Shown here: positions 41,221-52,405 of the stretch, piece by piece
Numbering within the stretch: the first letter of the stretch is position 1
Layout: each line of letters opens with the position of its first letter
DNA from: Flectonema sp. DT1601
Lineage: Eukaryota
DNA length: 64,000 bases
Assembly: GCA_964019425.1 (NCBI GenBank)
Contig: OZ025805.1
Location: forward strand, 806,001 to 870,000
Direction of reading: 5' to 3'
Made by a program: the position numbers and the translations under genes
Notes under the pieces: generated by a model
Seen by the model: the letters and a program-made list of their open reading frames with translations, nothing else
What the model was told of the DNA's origin: nothing
Database searches by the model: none

Positions 41221-44200
41221 CTGACTTCTCGACTCCAACTGATTGTCAGAGAGCTAATTGCCCAGACCAGGAAGATCGTCAATGCTTCTGGGGTAAACAA
41301 GGATGTGAGTGCAACACTACTCCAAGAACCTGTGCTGACTTCTCGACTCAAGTTGATTGTCAGAGAGCTAAGTGCCCAGACCAGGAAGATCGTCAATGCT
41401 TCTGGGGTAAAGAAGGATGTGATTGCAACACTACTCCAAGAACCTGTGCTGACTTCTCGACTCAAGCTGATTGTCAGAGAGCTAAGTGCCCGGACCAGGA
41501 TGATCGTAGGTGTTTCTGGGGTAAAGAAGGATGTGACTGCAACACTGCTCCAAGAACCTGTGCTGACTTCTCGACTCCAATAGATTGTCAGAGAGCTAAG
41601 TGTCCAGACCAGGATGATCGTCAATGCTTCTGGGGTAAAGAAGGATGTGATTGCAACACTACTCCAAGAACCTGTGCTGACTTCTCTACTCCAACTGATT
41701 GTCAGAGAGCTAAGTGTCCAGACCAGGAAGATCGTCAATGCTTCTGGGGTAAAGAAGGATGTGACTGCAACACTACTCCAAGAACCTGTGCTGACTTCTC
41801 GACTCCAATAGATTGTCAGAGAGCTAAGTGCCCAGACCAGGAAGATCGTCAATGCTTCTGGGGTAAAGAAGGATGTGACTGCAACACTACTCCAAGAACC
41901 TGTGCTGACTTCTCTACTCCAACTGATTGTCAGAGAGCTAAGTGCCCAGACCAGGAAGATCGTCAATGCTTCTGGGGTAAAGAAGGATGTGACTGCAACA
42001 CTACTCCAAGAACCTGTGCTGACTTCTCGACTCCAATAGATTGTCAGAGAGCTAAGTGCCCAGACCAGGAAGATCGTCAATGCTTCTGGGGTAAAGAAGG
42101 ATGTGATTGCAACACTACTCCAAGAACCTGTGCTGACTTCTCGACTCAAGCTGATTGTCAGAGAGCTAAGTGCCCAGACCAGGATGATCGTAGGTGTTTC
42201 TGGGGTAAAGAAGGATGTGACTGCAACACTACTCCAAGAACCTGTGCTGACTTTTCGACTCCAACTGATTGTCAGAGAGCAAAGTGCCCAGACCAGGAAG
42301 ATCGTCAGTGCTTCTGGGGTAAAGAAGGATGTGATTGCAACACTACTCCAAGAACCTGTGCTGACTTCTCGACTCCAATAGATTGTCAGAGAGCTAAGTG
42401 TCCAGACCAGGATGATCGTCAATGCTTCTGGGGTAAAGAAGGATGTGATTGCAACACTGCTCCAAGAACCTGTGCTGACTTCTCTACTCCAACTGATTGT
42501 CAGAGAGCTAAGTGCCCGGACCAGGAAGATCGTCAATGCTTCTGGGGTAAAGAAGGATGTGATTGCAACACTACTCCAAGAACCTGTGCTGACTTCTCTA
42601 CTCCAACTGATTGTCAGAGAGCTAAGTGTCCAGACCAGGAAGATCGTCAATGCTTCTGGGGTAAAGAAGGATGTGACTGCAACACTACTCCAAGAACCTG
42701 TGCTGACTTCTCGACTCCAATAGATTGTCAGAGAGCTAAGTGCCCAGACCAGGAAGATCGTCAATGCTTCTGGGGTAAAGAAGGATGTGATTGCAACACT
42801 ACTCCAAGAACCTGTGCTGACTTCTCGACTCCAACAGATTGTCAGAGAGCTAAGTGCCCAGACCAGGAAGATCGTCAATGCTTCTGGGGTAAAGAAGGAT
42901 GTGATTGCAACACTGCTCCAAGAACCTGTGCTGACTTCTCGACTCAAGCTGATTGTCAGAGAGCTAAGTGCCCAGACCAGGATGATCGTAGGTGTTTCTG
43001 GGGTAAAGAAGGATGTGACTGCAACACTACTCCAAGAACCTGTGCTGACTTTTCGACTCCAACTGATTGTCAGAGAGCTAAGTGCCCGGACCAGGAAGAT
43101 CGTCAGTGCTTCTGGGGTAAAGAAGGATGTGATTGCAACACTACTCCAAGAACCTGTGCTGACTTCTCGACTCCAATAGATTGTCAGAGAGCTAAGTGTC
43201 CAGACCAGGAAGATCGTCAATGCTTCTGGGGTAAAGAAGGATGTGACTGCAACACTACTCCAAGAACCTGTGCTGACTTCTCTACTCCAACTGATTGTCA
43301 GAGAGCTAAGTGCCCAGACCAGGAAGATCGTCAATGCTTCTGGGGTAAAGAAGGATGTGACTGCAACACTACTCCAAGAACCTGTGCTGACTTCTCGACT
43401 CCAATAGATTGTCAGAGAGCTAAGTGCCCAGACCAGGAAGATCGTCAATGCTTCTGGGGTAAAGAAGGATGTGATTGCAACACTACTCCAAGAACCTGTG
43501 CTGACTTCTCGACTCAAGCTGATTGTCAGAGAGCTAAGTGCCCAGACCAGGATGATCGTAGGTGTTTCTGGGGTAAAGAAGGATGTGACTGCAACACTAC
43601 TCCAAGAACCTGTGCTGACTTTTCGACTCCAACTGATTGTCAGAGAGCAAAGTGCCCAGACCAGGAAGATCGTCAGTGCTTCTGGGGTAAAGAAGGATGT
43701 GATTGCAACACTACTCCAAGAACCTGTGCTGACTTCTCTACTCCAACTGATTGTCAGAGAGCTAAGTGCCCAGACCAGGAAGATCGTCAATGCTTCTGGG
43801 GTAAAGAAGGATGTGATTGCAACACTACTCCAAGAACCTGTGCTGACTTTTCGACTCCAACTGATTGTCAGAGAGCAAAGTGCCCAGACCAGGAAGATCG
43901 TCAGTGCTTCTGGGGTAAAGAAGGATGTGATTGCAACACTACTCCAAGAACCTGTGCTGACTTCTCTACTCCAACTGATTGTCAGAGAGCTAAGTGCCCA
44001 GACCAGGATGATCGTCAATGCTTCTGGGGTAAAGAAGGATGTGATTGCAACACTGCTCCAAGAACCTGTGCTGACTTCTCTACTCCAACTGATTGTCAGA
44101 GAGCTAAGTGCCCAGACCAGGAAGATCGTCAATGCTTCTGGGGTAAAGAAGGATGTGATTGCAACACTGCTCCAAGAACCTGTGCTGACTTCTCTACTCC

Positions 44201-47200
44201 AACTGATTGTCAGAGAGCTAAGTGCCCGGACCAGGAAGATCGTCAATGCTTCTGGGGTAAAGAAGGATGTGATTGCAACACTACTCCAAGAACCTGTGCT
44301 GACTTCTCTACTCCAACTGATTGTCAGAGAGCTAAGTGCCCAGACCAGGAAGATCGTCAATGCTTCTGGGGTAAAGAAGGATGTGATTGCAACACTACTC
44401 CAAGAACCTGTGCTGACTTCTCGACTCCAACTGATTGTCAGAGAGCTAAGTGCCCGGACCAGGAAGATCGTCAATGCTTCTGGGGTAAAGAAGGATGTGA
44501 TTGCAACACTACTCCAAGAACCTGTGCTGACTTCTCGACTCCAACTGATTGTCAGAGAGCTAAGTGCCCGGACCAGGAAGATCGTCAATGCTTCTGGGGT
44601 AAAGAAGGATGTGACTGCAACACTACTCCAAGAACTTGTGCTGACTTCTCGACTCAAGCTGATTGTCAGAGAGCTAAGTGCCCAGACCAGGAAGATCGTA
44701 GGTGTTTCTGGGGTAAAGAAGGATGTGACTGCAACACTGCTCCAAGAACCTGTGCTGACTTCTCGACCCCAACTGATTGTCAGAGAGCTAAGTGTCCAGA
44801 CCAGGAAGATCGTCAATGCTTCTGGGGTAAAGAAGGATGTGATTGCAACACTACTCCAAGAACCTGTGCTGACTTCTCGACTCCAATAGATTGTCAGAGA
44901 GCTAAGTGCCCGGACCAGGAAGATCGTCAATGCTTCTGGGGTAAAGAAGGATGTGATTGCAACACTACTCCAAGAACCTGTGCTGACTTCTCGACTCCAA
45001 CTGATTGTCAGAGAGCTAAGTGCCCGGACCAGGAAGATCGTCAATGCTTCTGGGGTAAAGAAGGATGTGATTGTAACACTGCTCCAAGAACCTGTGCTGA
45101 CTTCTCGACTCCAACTGATTGTCAGAGAGCAAAGTGCCCAGACCAGGAAGATCGTCAATGCTTCTGGGGTAAAGAAGGATGTGATTGCAACACTACTCCA
45201 AGAACTTGTGCTGACTTCTCGACTCAAGCTGATTGTCAGAGAGCTAAGTGCCCAGACCAGGATGATCGTAGGTGTTTCTGGGGTAAAGAAGGATGTGACT
45301 GCAATACTACTCCAAGAACCTGTGCTGACTTTTCGACTCCAACTGATTGTCAGAGAGCAAAGTGCCCAGACCAGGAAGATCGTCAATGCTTCTGGGGTAA
45401 AGAAGGATGTGATTGCAACACTACTCCAAGAACTTGTGCTGACTTCTCGACTCAAGCTGATTGTCAGAGAGCTAAGTGCCCAGACCAGGATGATCGTAGG
45501 TGTTTCTGGGGTAAAGAAGGATGTGACTGCAATACTACTCCAAGAACCTGTGCTGACTTTTCGACTCCAACTGATTGTCAGAGAGCAAAGTGCCCAGACC
45601 AGGAAGATCGTCAGTGCTTCTGGGGTAAAGAAGGATGTGATTGCAACACTACTCCAAGAACCTGTGCTGACTTCTCGACTCCAATAGATTGTCAGAGAGC
45701 TAAGTGTCCAGACCTGGAAGATCGTCAATGCTTCTGGGGTAAAGAAGGATGTGATTGCAACACTGCTCAAAGAACCTGTGCTGACTTCTCTACTCCAACT
45801 GATTGTCAGAGAGCTAAGTGCCCGGACCAGGAAGATCGTCAATGCTTCTGGGGTAAGGAAGGATGTGATTGCAACACTACTCCAAAAACTTGTGCTGACT
45901 TCTCGACTCAAGCTGATTGTCAGAGAGCTAAGTGCCCAGACCAGGAAGATCGTAGGTGTTTCTGGGGTAAAGAAGGATGTGACTGCAACACTGCTCCAAG
46001 AACTTGTGCTGACTTCTCTACTCCAACTGATTGTCAGAGAGCTAAGTGCCCAGACCAGGAAGATCGTAGGTGTTTCTGGGGTAAAGAAGGATGTGACTGC
46101 AACACTGCTCCAAGAACTTGTGCTGACTTCTCGACTCAAGCTGATTGTCAGAGAGCTAAGTGCCCGGACCAGGATGATCGTAGGTGTTTCTGGGGTAAAG
46201 AAGGATGTGACTGCAACACTGCTCCAAGAACCTGTGCTGACTTCTCGACTCAAGCTGATTGTCAAAGAGCTAAGTGCCCAGACCAGGAAGATCGTCAATG
46301 CTTCTGGGGTAAAGAAGGATGTGATTGCAACACTGCTCCAAGAACTTGTGCTGACTTCTCGAATCAAGCTGATTGTCAGAGAGCTAAGTGCCCGGACCAG
46401 GATGATCGTAGGTGTTTCTGGGGTAAAGAAGGATGTGACTGCAACACTGCTCCAAGAACCTGTGCTGACTTCTCGACTCCAACTGATTGTCAGAGAGCTA
46501 AGTGCCCGGACCAGGATGATCGTAGGTGTTTCTGGGGTAAAGAAGGATGTGACTGCAACACTGCTCCAAGAACCTGTGCTGACTTCTCGACTCAAGCTGA
46601 TTGTCAAAGAGCTAAGTGCCGGGACCAGGATGATCGTAGGTGTTTCTGGGGTAAAGAAGGATGTGACTGTAACACTGCTCCAAGAACCTGTGCTGACTTC
46701 TCGACTCCAACTGATTGTCAGAGAGCTAAGTGCCCAGACCAGGAAGATCGTCAATGCTTCTGGGGTAAAGAAGGATGTGATTGCAACACTACTCCAAGAA
46801 CTTGTGCTGACTTCTCGACTCAAGCTGATTGTCAGAGAGCTAAGTGCCCGGACCAGGATGATCGTAGGTGTTTCTGGGGTAAAGAAGGATGTGACTGTAA
46901 CACTGCTCCAAGAACCTGTGCTGACTTCTCGACTCCAACTGATTGTCAGAGAGCTAAGTGCCCAGACCAGGAAGATCGTCAATGCTTCTGGGGTAAAGAA
47001 GGATGTGATTGCAACACTACTCCAAGAACTTGTGCTGACTTCTCGACTCAAGCTGATTGTCAGAGAGCTAAGTGCCCGGACCAGGATGATCGTAGGTGTT
47101 TCTGGGGTAAAGAAGGATGTGACTGCAACACTACTCCAAGAACCTGTGCTGACTTCTCGACTCAAGCTGATTGTCAAAGAGCTAAGTGCCCGGACCAGGA

Positions 47201-49757
47201 TGATCGTAGGTGTTTCTGGGGTAAAGAAGGATGTGACTGTAACACTGCTCCAAGAACCTGTGCTGACTTCTCGACTCCAACTGATTGTCAGAGAGCTAAG
47301 TGCCCAGACCAGGAAGATCGTCAATGCTTCTGGGGTAAAGAAGGATGTGATTGCAACACTGCTCCAAGAACCTGTGCTGACTTCTCGACTCCAACTGATT
47401 GTCAGAGAGCTAAGTGCCCGGACCAGGAAGATCGTCAATGCTTCTGGGGTAAAGAAGGATGTGATTGCAACACTACTCCAAGAACTTGTGCTGACTTCTC
47501 GACTCAAGCTGATTGTCAGAGAGCTAAGTGCCCGGACCAGGATGATCGTAGGTGTTTCTGGGGTAAAGAAGGATGTGACTGTAACACTGCTCCAAGAACC
47601 TGTGCTGACTTCTCGACTCCAACTGATTGTCAGAGAGCTAAGTGCCCGGACCAGGATGATCGTAGGTGTTTCTGGGGTAAAGAAGGATGTGACTGTAACA
47701 CTGCTCCAAGAACCTGTGCTGACTTCTCGACTCCAGCTGATTGTCAAAGAGCTAAGTGCCCGGACCAGGATGATCGTAGGTGTTTCTGGGGTAAAGAAGG
47801 ATGTGATTGCAACACTACTCCAAGAACTTGTGCTGACTTCTCGAATCAAGCTGATTGTCAGAGAGCTAAGTGCCCGGACCAGGATGATCGTAGGTGTTTC
47901 TGGGGTAAAGAAGGATGTGACTGTAACACTGCTCCAAGAACCTGTGCTGACTTCTCGACTCCAACTGATTGTCAGAGAGCTAAGTGCCCGGACCAGGAAG
48001 ATCGTCAATGCTTCTGGGGTAAAGAAGGATGTGATTGCAACACTGCTCCAAGAACCTGTGCTGACTTCTCGACTCCAACTGATTGTCAGAGAGCTAAGTG
48101 CCCAGACCAGGAAGATCGTCAATGCTTCTGGGGTAAAGAAGGATGTGATTGCAACACTACTCCAAGAACTTGTGCTGACTTCTCGAATCAAGCTGATTGT
48201 CAGAGAGCTAAGTGCCCAGACCAGGAAGATCGTCAATGCTTCTGGGGTAAAGAAGGATGTGATTGCAACACTACTCCAAGAACTTGTGCTGACTTCTCGA
48301 CTCAAGCTGATTGTCAGAGAGCTAAGTGCCCGGACCAGGATGATCGTAGGTGTTTCTGGGGTAAAGAAGGATGTGACTGCAACACTGCTCCAAGAACCTG
48401 TGCTGACTTCTCGACTCAAGCTGATTGTCAAAGAGCTAAGTGCCCGGACCAGGATGATCGTAGGTGTTTCTGGGGTAAAGAAGGATGTGACTGCAACACT
48501 GCTCCAAGAACCTGTGCTGACTTCTCGACTCAAGCTGATTGTCAAAGAGCTAAGTGCCCGGACCAGGATGATCGTAGGTGTTTCTGGGGTAAAGAAGGAT
48601 GTGATTGCAACACTACTCCAAGAACTTGTGCTGACTTCTCGACTCAAGCTGATTGTCAGAGAGCTAAGTGCCCGGACCAGGATGATCGTAGGTGTTTCTG
48701 GGGTAAAGAAGGATGTGACTGCAACACTACTCCAAGAACCTGTGCTGACTTCTCGACTCAAGCTGATTGTCAAAGAGCTAAGTGCCCGGACCAGGATGAT
48801 CGTAGGTGTTTCTGGGGTAAAGAAGGATGTGACTGTAACACTGCTCCAAGAACCTGTGCTGACTTCTCGACTCCAACTGATTGTCAGAGAGCTAAGTGCC
48901 CGGACCAGGAAGATCGTCAATGCTTCTGGGGTAAAGAAGGATGTGATTGCAACACTGCTCCAAGAACCTGTGCTGACTTCTCGACTCCAACTGATTGTCA
49001 GAGAGCTAAGTGCCCAGACCAGGAAGATCGTCAATGCTTCTGGGGTAAAGAAGGATGTGATTGCAACACTGCTCCAAGAACCTGTGCTGACTTCTCGACT
49101 CAAGCTGATTGTCAGAGAGCTAAGTGCCCGGACCAGGAAGATCGTAGGTGTTTCTGGGGTAAAGAAGGATGTGACTGCATCACTGCTCCAAGAACCTGTG
49201 CTGACTTCTCGACTCCAACTGATTGTCAGAGAGCTAAGTGCCCAGACCAGGAAGATCGTCAATGCTTCTGGGGTAAAGAAGGATGTGATTGCAACACTAC
49301 TCCAAGAACCTGTGCTGACTTCTCGACTCAAATAGATTGTCAGAGAGCTAAGTGCCCGGACCAGGATGATCGTAGGTGTTTCTGGGGTAAAGAAGGATGT
49401 GACTGCAACACTGCTCCAAGAACCTGTGCTGACTTCTCGACTCCAACTGATTGTCAGAGAGCTAAGTGCCCAGACCAGGAAGATCGTCAATGTTTCTGGG
49501 GTAAAGAAGGATGTGATTGCAACACTACTCCAAGAACCTGTGCTGACTTCTCGACTCCAACTGATTGTCAGAGAGCTAAGTGCCCAGATCAGGATGGTCG
49601 TCAATGCTTGTGGGGTAAAGAAGGATGTGAGTGCGATACCGCTTCAAAAACATGCATCGATTTCTCGTCTCAAGCTGAGTGTGAAAAGGCCAAATGTCCA
49701 GAAACTGTAGTAGGAGTTTGTTTATGGAAAGGTTCTTGTGTATGTCACGTTAGGTAA
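41052..49757 (+). CDS. Giant secreted cysteine-rich repeat protein 1 (2901 aa; ~76 x 38-aa six-Cys units)
   Basis: Signal peptide MIYSIAVILTFAFS. Unit PRTCADFSTPTDCQRAKCPDQEDRQCFWGKEGCDCNTT (114 bp). Divergent first and last units; no TM or GPI-like tail; intact frame for 8.7 kb. Confidence 0.9.
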   Translation: MIYSIAVILTFAFSQKPCDSYTNLRDCRRAVCPDLSTQQCTWIRTTRECICVKPSCADFSTPTDCQRANCPDQEDRQCFWGKQGCECNTTPRTCADFSTQVDCQRAKCPDQEDRQCFWGKEGCDCNTTPRTCADFSTQADCQRAKCPDQDDRRCFWGKEGCDCNTAPRTCADFSTPIDCQRAKCPDQDDRQCFWGKEGCDCNTTPRTCADFSTPTDCQRAKCPDQEDRQCFWGKEGCDCNTTPRTCADFSTPIDCQRAKCPDQEDRQCFWGKEGCDCNTTPRTCADFSTPTDCQRAKCPDQEDRQCFWGKEGCDCNTTPRTCADFSTPIDCQRAKCPDQEDRQCFWGKEGCDCNTTPRTCADFSTQADCQRAKCPDQDDRRCFWGKEGCDCNTTPRTCADFSTPTDCQRAKCPDQEDRQCFWGKEGCDCNTTPRTCADFSTPIDCQRAKCPDQDDRQCFWGKEGCDCNTAPRTCADFSTPTDCQRAKCPDQEDRQCFWGKEGCDCNTTPRTCADFSTPTDCQRAKCPDQEDRQCFWGKEGCDCNTTPRTCADFSTPIDCQRAKCPDQEDRQCFWGKEGCDCNTTPRTCADFSTPTDCQRAKCPDQEDRQCFWGKEGCDCNTAPRTCADFSTQADCQRAKCPDQDDRRCFWGKEGCDCNTTPRTCADFSTPTDCQRAKCPDQEDRQCFWGKEGCDCNTTPRTCADFSTPIDCQRAKCPDQEDRQCFWGKEGCDCNTTPRTCADFSTPTDCQRAKCPDQEDRQCFWGKEGCDCNTTPRTCADFSTPIDCQRAKCPDQEDRQCFWGKEGCDCNTTPRTCADFSTQADCQRAKCPDQDDRRCFWGKEGCDCNTTPRTCADFSTPTDCQRAKCPDQEDRQCFWGKEGCDCNTTPRTCADFSTPTDCQRAKCPDQEDRQCFWGKEGCDCNTTPRTCADFSTPTDCQRAKCPDQEDRQCFWGKEGCDCNTTPRTCADFSTPTDCQRAKCPDQDDRQCFWGKEGCDCNTAPRTCADFSTPTDCQRAKCPDQEDRQCFWGKEGCDCNTAPRTCADFSTPTDCQRAKCPDQEDRQCFWGKEGCDCNTTPRTCADFSTPTDCQRAKCPDQEDRQCFWGKEGCDCNTTPRTCADFSTPTDCQRAKCPDQEDRQCFWGKEGCDCNTTPRTCADFSTPTDCQRAKCPDQEDRQCFWGKEGCDCNTTPRTCADFSTQADCQRAKCPDQEDRRCFWGKEGCDCNTAPRTCADFSTPTDCQRAKCPDQEDRQCFWGKEGCDCNTTPRTCADFSTPIDCQRAKCPDQEDRQCFWGKEGCDCNTTPRTCADFSTPTDCQRAKCPDQEDRQCFWGKEGCDCNTAPRTCADFSTPTDCQRAKCPDQEDRQCFWGKEGCDCNTTPRTCADFSTQADCQRAKCPDQDDRRCFWGKEGCDCNTTPRTCADFSTPTDCQRAKCPDQEDRQCFWGKEGCDCNTTPRTCADFSTQADCQRAKCPDQDDRRCFWGKEGCDCNTTPRTCADFSTPTDCQRAKCPDQEDRQCFWGKEGCDCNTTPRTCADFSTPIDCQRAKCPDLEDRQCFWGKEGCDCNTAQRTCADFSTPTDCQRAKCPDQEDRQCFWGKEGCDCNTTPKTCADFSTQADCQRAKCPDQEDRRCFWGKEGCDCNTAPRTCADFSTPTDCQRAKCPDQEDRRCFWGKEGCDCNTAPRTCADFSTQADCQRAKCPDQDDRRCFWGKEGCDCNTAPRTCADFSTQADCQRAKCPDQEDRQCFWGKEGCDCNTAPRTCADFSNQADCQRAKCPDQDDRRCFWGKEGCDCNTAPRTCADFSTPTDCQRAKCPDQDDRRCFWGKEGCDCNTAPRTCADFSTQADCQRAKCRDQDDRRCFWGKEGCDCNTAPRTCADFSTPTDCQRAKCPDQEDRQCFWGKEGCDCNTTPRTCADFSTQADCQRAKCPDQDDRRCFWGKEGCDCNTAPRTCADFSTPTDCQRAKCPDQEDRQCFWGKEGCDCNTTPRTCADFSTQADCQRAKCPDQDDRRCFWGKEGCDCNTTPRTCADFSTQADCQRAKCPDQDDRRCFWGKEGCDCNTAPRTCADFSTPTDCQRAKCPDQEDRQCFWGKEGCDCNTAPRTCADFSTPTDCQRAKCPDQEDRQCFWGKEGCDCNTTPRTCADFSTQADCQRAKCPDQDDRRCFWGKEGCDCNTAPRTCADFSTPTDCQRAKCPDQDDRRCFWGKEGCDCNTAPRTCADFSTPADCQRAKCPDQDDRRCFWGKEGCDCNTTPRTCADFSNQADCQRAKCPDQDDRRCFWGKEGCDCNTAPRTCADFSTPTDCQRAKCPDQEDRQCFWGKEGCDCNTAPRTCADFSTPTDCQRAKCPDQEDRQCFWGKEGCDCNTTPRTCADFSNQADCQRAKCPDQEDRQCFWGKEGCDCNTTPRTCADFSTQADCQRAKCPDQDDRRCFWGKEGCDCNTAPRTCADFSTQADCQRAKCPDQDDRRCFWGKEGCDCNTAPRTCADFSTQADCQRAKCPDQDDRRCFWGKEGCDCNTTPRTCADFSTQADCQRAKCPDQDDRRCFWGKEGCDCNTTPRTCADFSTQADCQRAKCPDQDDRRCFWGKEGCDCNTAPRTCADFSTPTDCQRAKCPDQEDRQCFWGKEGCDCNTAPRTCADFSTPTDCQRAKCPDQEDRQCFWGKEGCDCNTAPRTCADFSTQADCQRAKCPDQEDRRCFWGKEGCDCITAPRTCADFSTPTDCQRAKCPDQEDRQCFWGKEGCDCNTTPRTCADFSTQIDCQRAKCPDQDDRRCFWGKEGCDCNTAPRTCADFSTPTDCQRAKCPDQEDRQCFWGKEGCDCNTTPRTCADFSTPTDCQRAKCPDQDGRQCLWGKEGCECDTASKTCIDFSSQAECEKAKCPETVVGVCLWKGSCVCHVR
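41215..49640 (+). repeat. 114-bp coding tandem repeat array
   Basis: Near-identical 114-bp units throughout. Confidence 0.98.
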
Positions 49758-50130
49758 TTGCTGGTTATTTTGGCCAGTAATATATCGTGCAAAATTTTTA
49801 TTAGTTTGTACGTTCTCTGTTTTTAAATTTAACGATTTAAATATACTCATGAAAGTGACCAAGTCGTGTGAATGAATATCTAGTTAGCAAGATGATATAA
49901 TTTCAAGATAAGAAACTTTGAGAGCTGTCTTTATATAATGTATGATGCTTGAATAGGAGTGTCGGGGAAGCCCTCCTGCGAAAAATACTCTAATAAAGCT
50001 GTAGATCGTATGATACTGTTTTCTCTTTCTTGTCTTCTATAAGAATTTCAGATTGTTTTTGTAGAATTTATTCGTGTTTTTTTTATTCTTGGTCACTTTT
50101 TTTTTTTTTTTTTTATTTTTTTTTTGCATT

Positions 50131-50963
50131 TAACAAGTATTGTAAGAACGAAAAAGAATGTTGGCAGCACACGTAAACCTCCTTTAGCTTTATCAGTTTG
50201 AGTCGGTTCACGGTTTCGTGCACAAACAATTTTTTTTTTTTTTTTTTTTAATGTCGCTCGGTTGGTTTAATTATTATAATGAAAGCAGTCTTTGCTTAGA
50301 AGATGTTTGCGACTTCTTTTTTTTAAGTAAAGCTTAATTCTGATTTGTTAGATAATGTAGTTTCACAGAAACTTGAAACAGTCAGCCGAGAAGACCTTTG
50401 AATTGTTAAAAACTCAATAAAAGTCACTATTTTTTTTTTTTTTTTTGCGACCAAGTTGTAGAAGATTTTTTTTTTGAAAAAAACTTTTCAAAAAAATAAA
50501 AAGACGTATTTTAATGCGCTAAAATGCCATATCGTTTAACCTTGCTCAGGAGGTTAGAATATGGTGTGTTTTTTTTTTTTTTTGATCGCAAAAAAAAATA
50601 AAAAATTGACCGATATAACATTTAATAGTTCTTTTTAGTAGTTTTTTTTTCCCTGCTTAATGATGAATAAATAGCTCATGTTGGGAGACTCTCTAATTTT
50701 TAGGGAGGATTATTTTATTCGTATCCTTACGAGATTTTTTGACTATTGGAGAGGGTCTAATAATTTCATTTTTTGGTTGTTTATTAAACGAATTCTGCTT
50801 TTTTTTTAGCTGTTTCACTGAAAGGTATAATTTCTTTTTGCTGTGAACGATTTTGCGTATAACAAGTATTGTAAGAACGTAAAAAAAATGTTGGGGGCAG
50901 CACACATAAACCTACTTTAGCTTTATCGGTTTAAGTCGGTTCACGTGTTTCGTGCACAAACAA
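50131..50963 (+). repeat. ~100-bp direct repeat (50131..50228 and 50860..50963)
   Basis: taacaagtattgtaagaacg..gcagcacac.taaacct.ctttagctttatc..gtcggttcacg..tttcgtgcacaaacaa appears twice. Confidence 0.88.
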
Positions 50964-51796
50964 AAAATCACAGTTGTTATATCATTATTTTCTGTATAGT
51001 TGAAGATAAAGCCAATTTTTTTTCTATTGAATAGCGAAAATGAAATTATCAGGTACATTCCCCCCCCCCAATAGCTAAAGCCTCAATTCTTAACAACCCC
51101 TCTTCTCTCTTTATTAATTTTTGTTGAAAATTTTTTTTATTTTTCTTTTAAATTCGAAGGTAAAAAAAAAATATTGAATGTCTTTTTTTTTGGCCACACA
51201 TAAAAAAAGTGTGTGTTCAATTTGGCTTTTCATTTTACTCTCTCGCAACGGTCTCTTTTTGTAACACATTTAGACAACTGTTTTCACTAACAAGTCAATA
51301 ACTGATTATTATTTTTTCTTTTTTTTTTTTCTCCCTCTCTATTTTTTTTTATTCCTTTATCTGAAGTTCACTCCTTCAGGGAAGTGAAATATTGCAATAT
51401 GTGTTGTTATTATTTGAGTATCGGTAGCATTGGACTGAAGCTAATTCATTCCAACCTACTGAGTTACCTGCTTATACTTCTCATGTTATACTGCAATGTT
51501 GGATTTCTTCTGACGATTTTCTACCTCGAGATTCTCGTTCAACACTGTTGTGGTTTTTTTCCTCAACTTGTTTAGTTGTTCTGATGAATTTATGTTTTCG
51601 AAAGAATTGTTTAAGTTATGCGTCCATGTCGGTGTCTTTTGTAGGCACCCTTACTAATCGTTTGTTTTAATATTGGTGTATCATAGAAGTAAGCCTTCAC
51701 ATTGACGCTAAACAGGTACATATATCAACATGCGGGATCGCTGGGTAACATTATTCCCATATCACAGGTGGTTTTCTTTTTTTTTTTTTTTTTAAT

Positions 51797-52002
51797 TAAT
51801 ATTACTCTTAATAGTTTTATCTAACGTCAAATATATGATTTATTCAAATAACGTGTTATCCTCACTTTCGCTTTTTCTCAAAAATCGTGTGATTCATACA
51901 CGAATTTGAGAGACTGCAGAAGAGCAGTGTGTCCTGATCTTTCTACTCAACAATGTACTTGGATTAGAACTACGAGGGAGTGTAAATGTGTGAAACCTTC
52001 TT
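51797..52002 (+). pseudogene. Truncated, frameshifted 5' copy of the cysteine-rich repeat gene
   Basis: Nearly identical to 41017..41217. ATG at 51835 with a frameshift in the signal peptide. Similarity stops at aaaccttctt, just before the first repeat unit. Confidence 0.9.
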
Positions 52003-52405
52003 TAGAGGTCCTCTCCCCAGACCCGAGCGGGAAGGCGAAGAGGAAGAGACGCAAGCAGAAGGAACCGGAGCCAGTGGAGGGCAACACGAGGGTACAGGCT
52101 CCACGGAGTTACAACAGGAAACCCACACTGCGTCGGGTAGGTAAGGGAGGCTCACCTGACACAATGGGGTACGCGCACGGGCCCCAGGTTCCTTGACCTC
52201 GTTCACGGACGCGGGAGTACGCCCGGAGCCGGCCGAGCGAGACGGTCAAAAAGTGGCAGGAGTAGATTTGGTCACAAGGTAGTCGTCACGGAGTAAGAAA
52301 GACACTCAAGAAGAGATGAGTGGGAGAAGGGGATCCAACACGAAGGGTCCTGGACTTCTCGAAAGGGGGAAGTCGCTAGGGACTCCACGAAGTTGGCGAT
52401 TTCGC
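52003..52405. mobile_element. GC-rich foreign insertion, possible degenerate retroelement (RNase H-like) fragment
   Basis: Abrupt GC increase relative to the flanks, and it truncates the pseudogene. One + frame reads LTSFTDAGVRP..KVAGVDLV, reminiscent of the RNase H FTD motif, with stops nearby. Confidence 0.4.

Noticed and set aside
41109..49604. 2831-aa antisense ORF, and the 1537-aa and 1306-aa antisense ORFs in array 2
   Set aside because: Shadow frames: a stop-free frame in one repeat unit propagates along the array. The signal peptide, conserved Cys and synonymous variation all support the + Cys frame.
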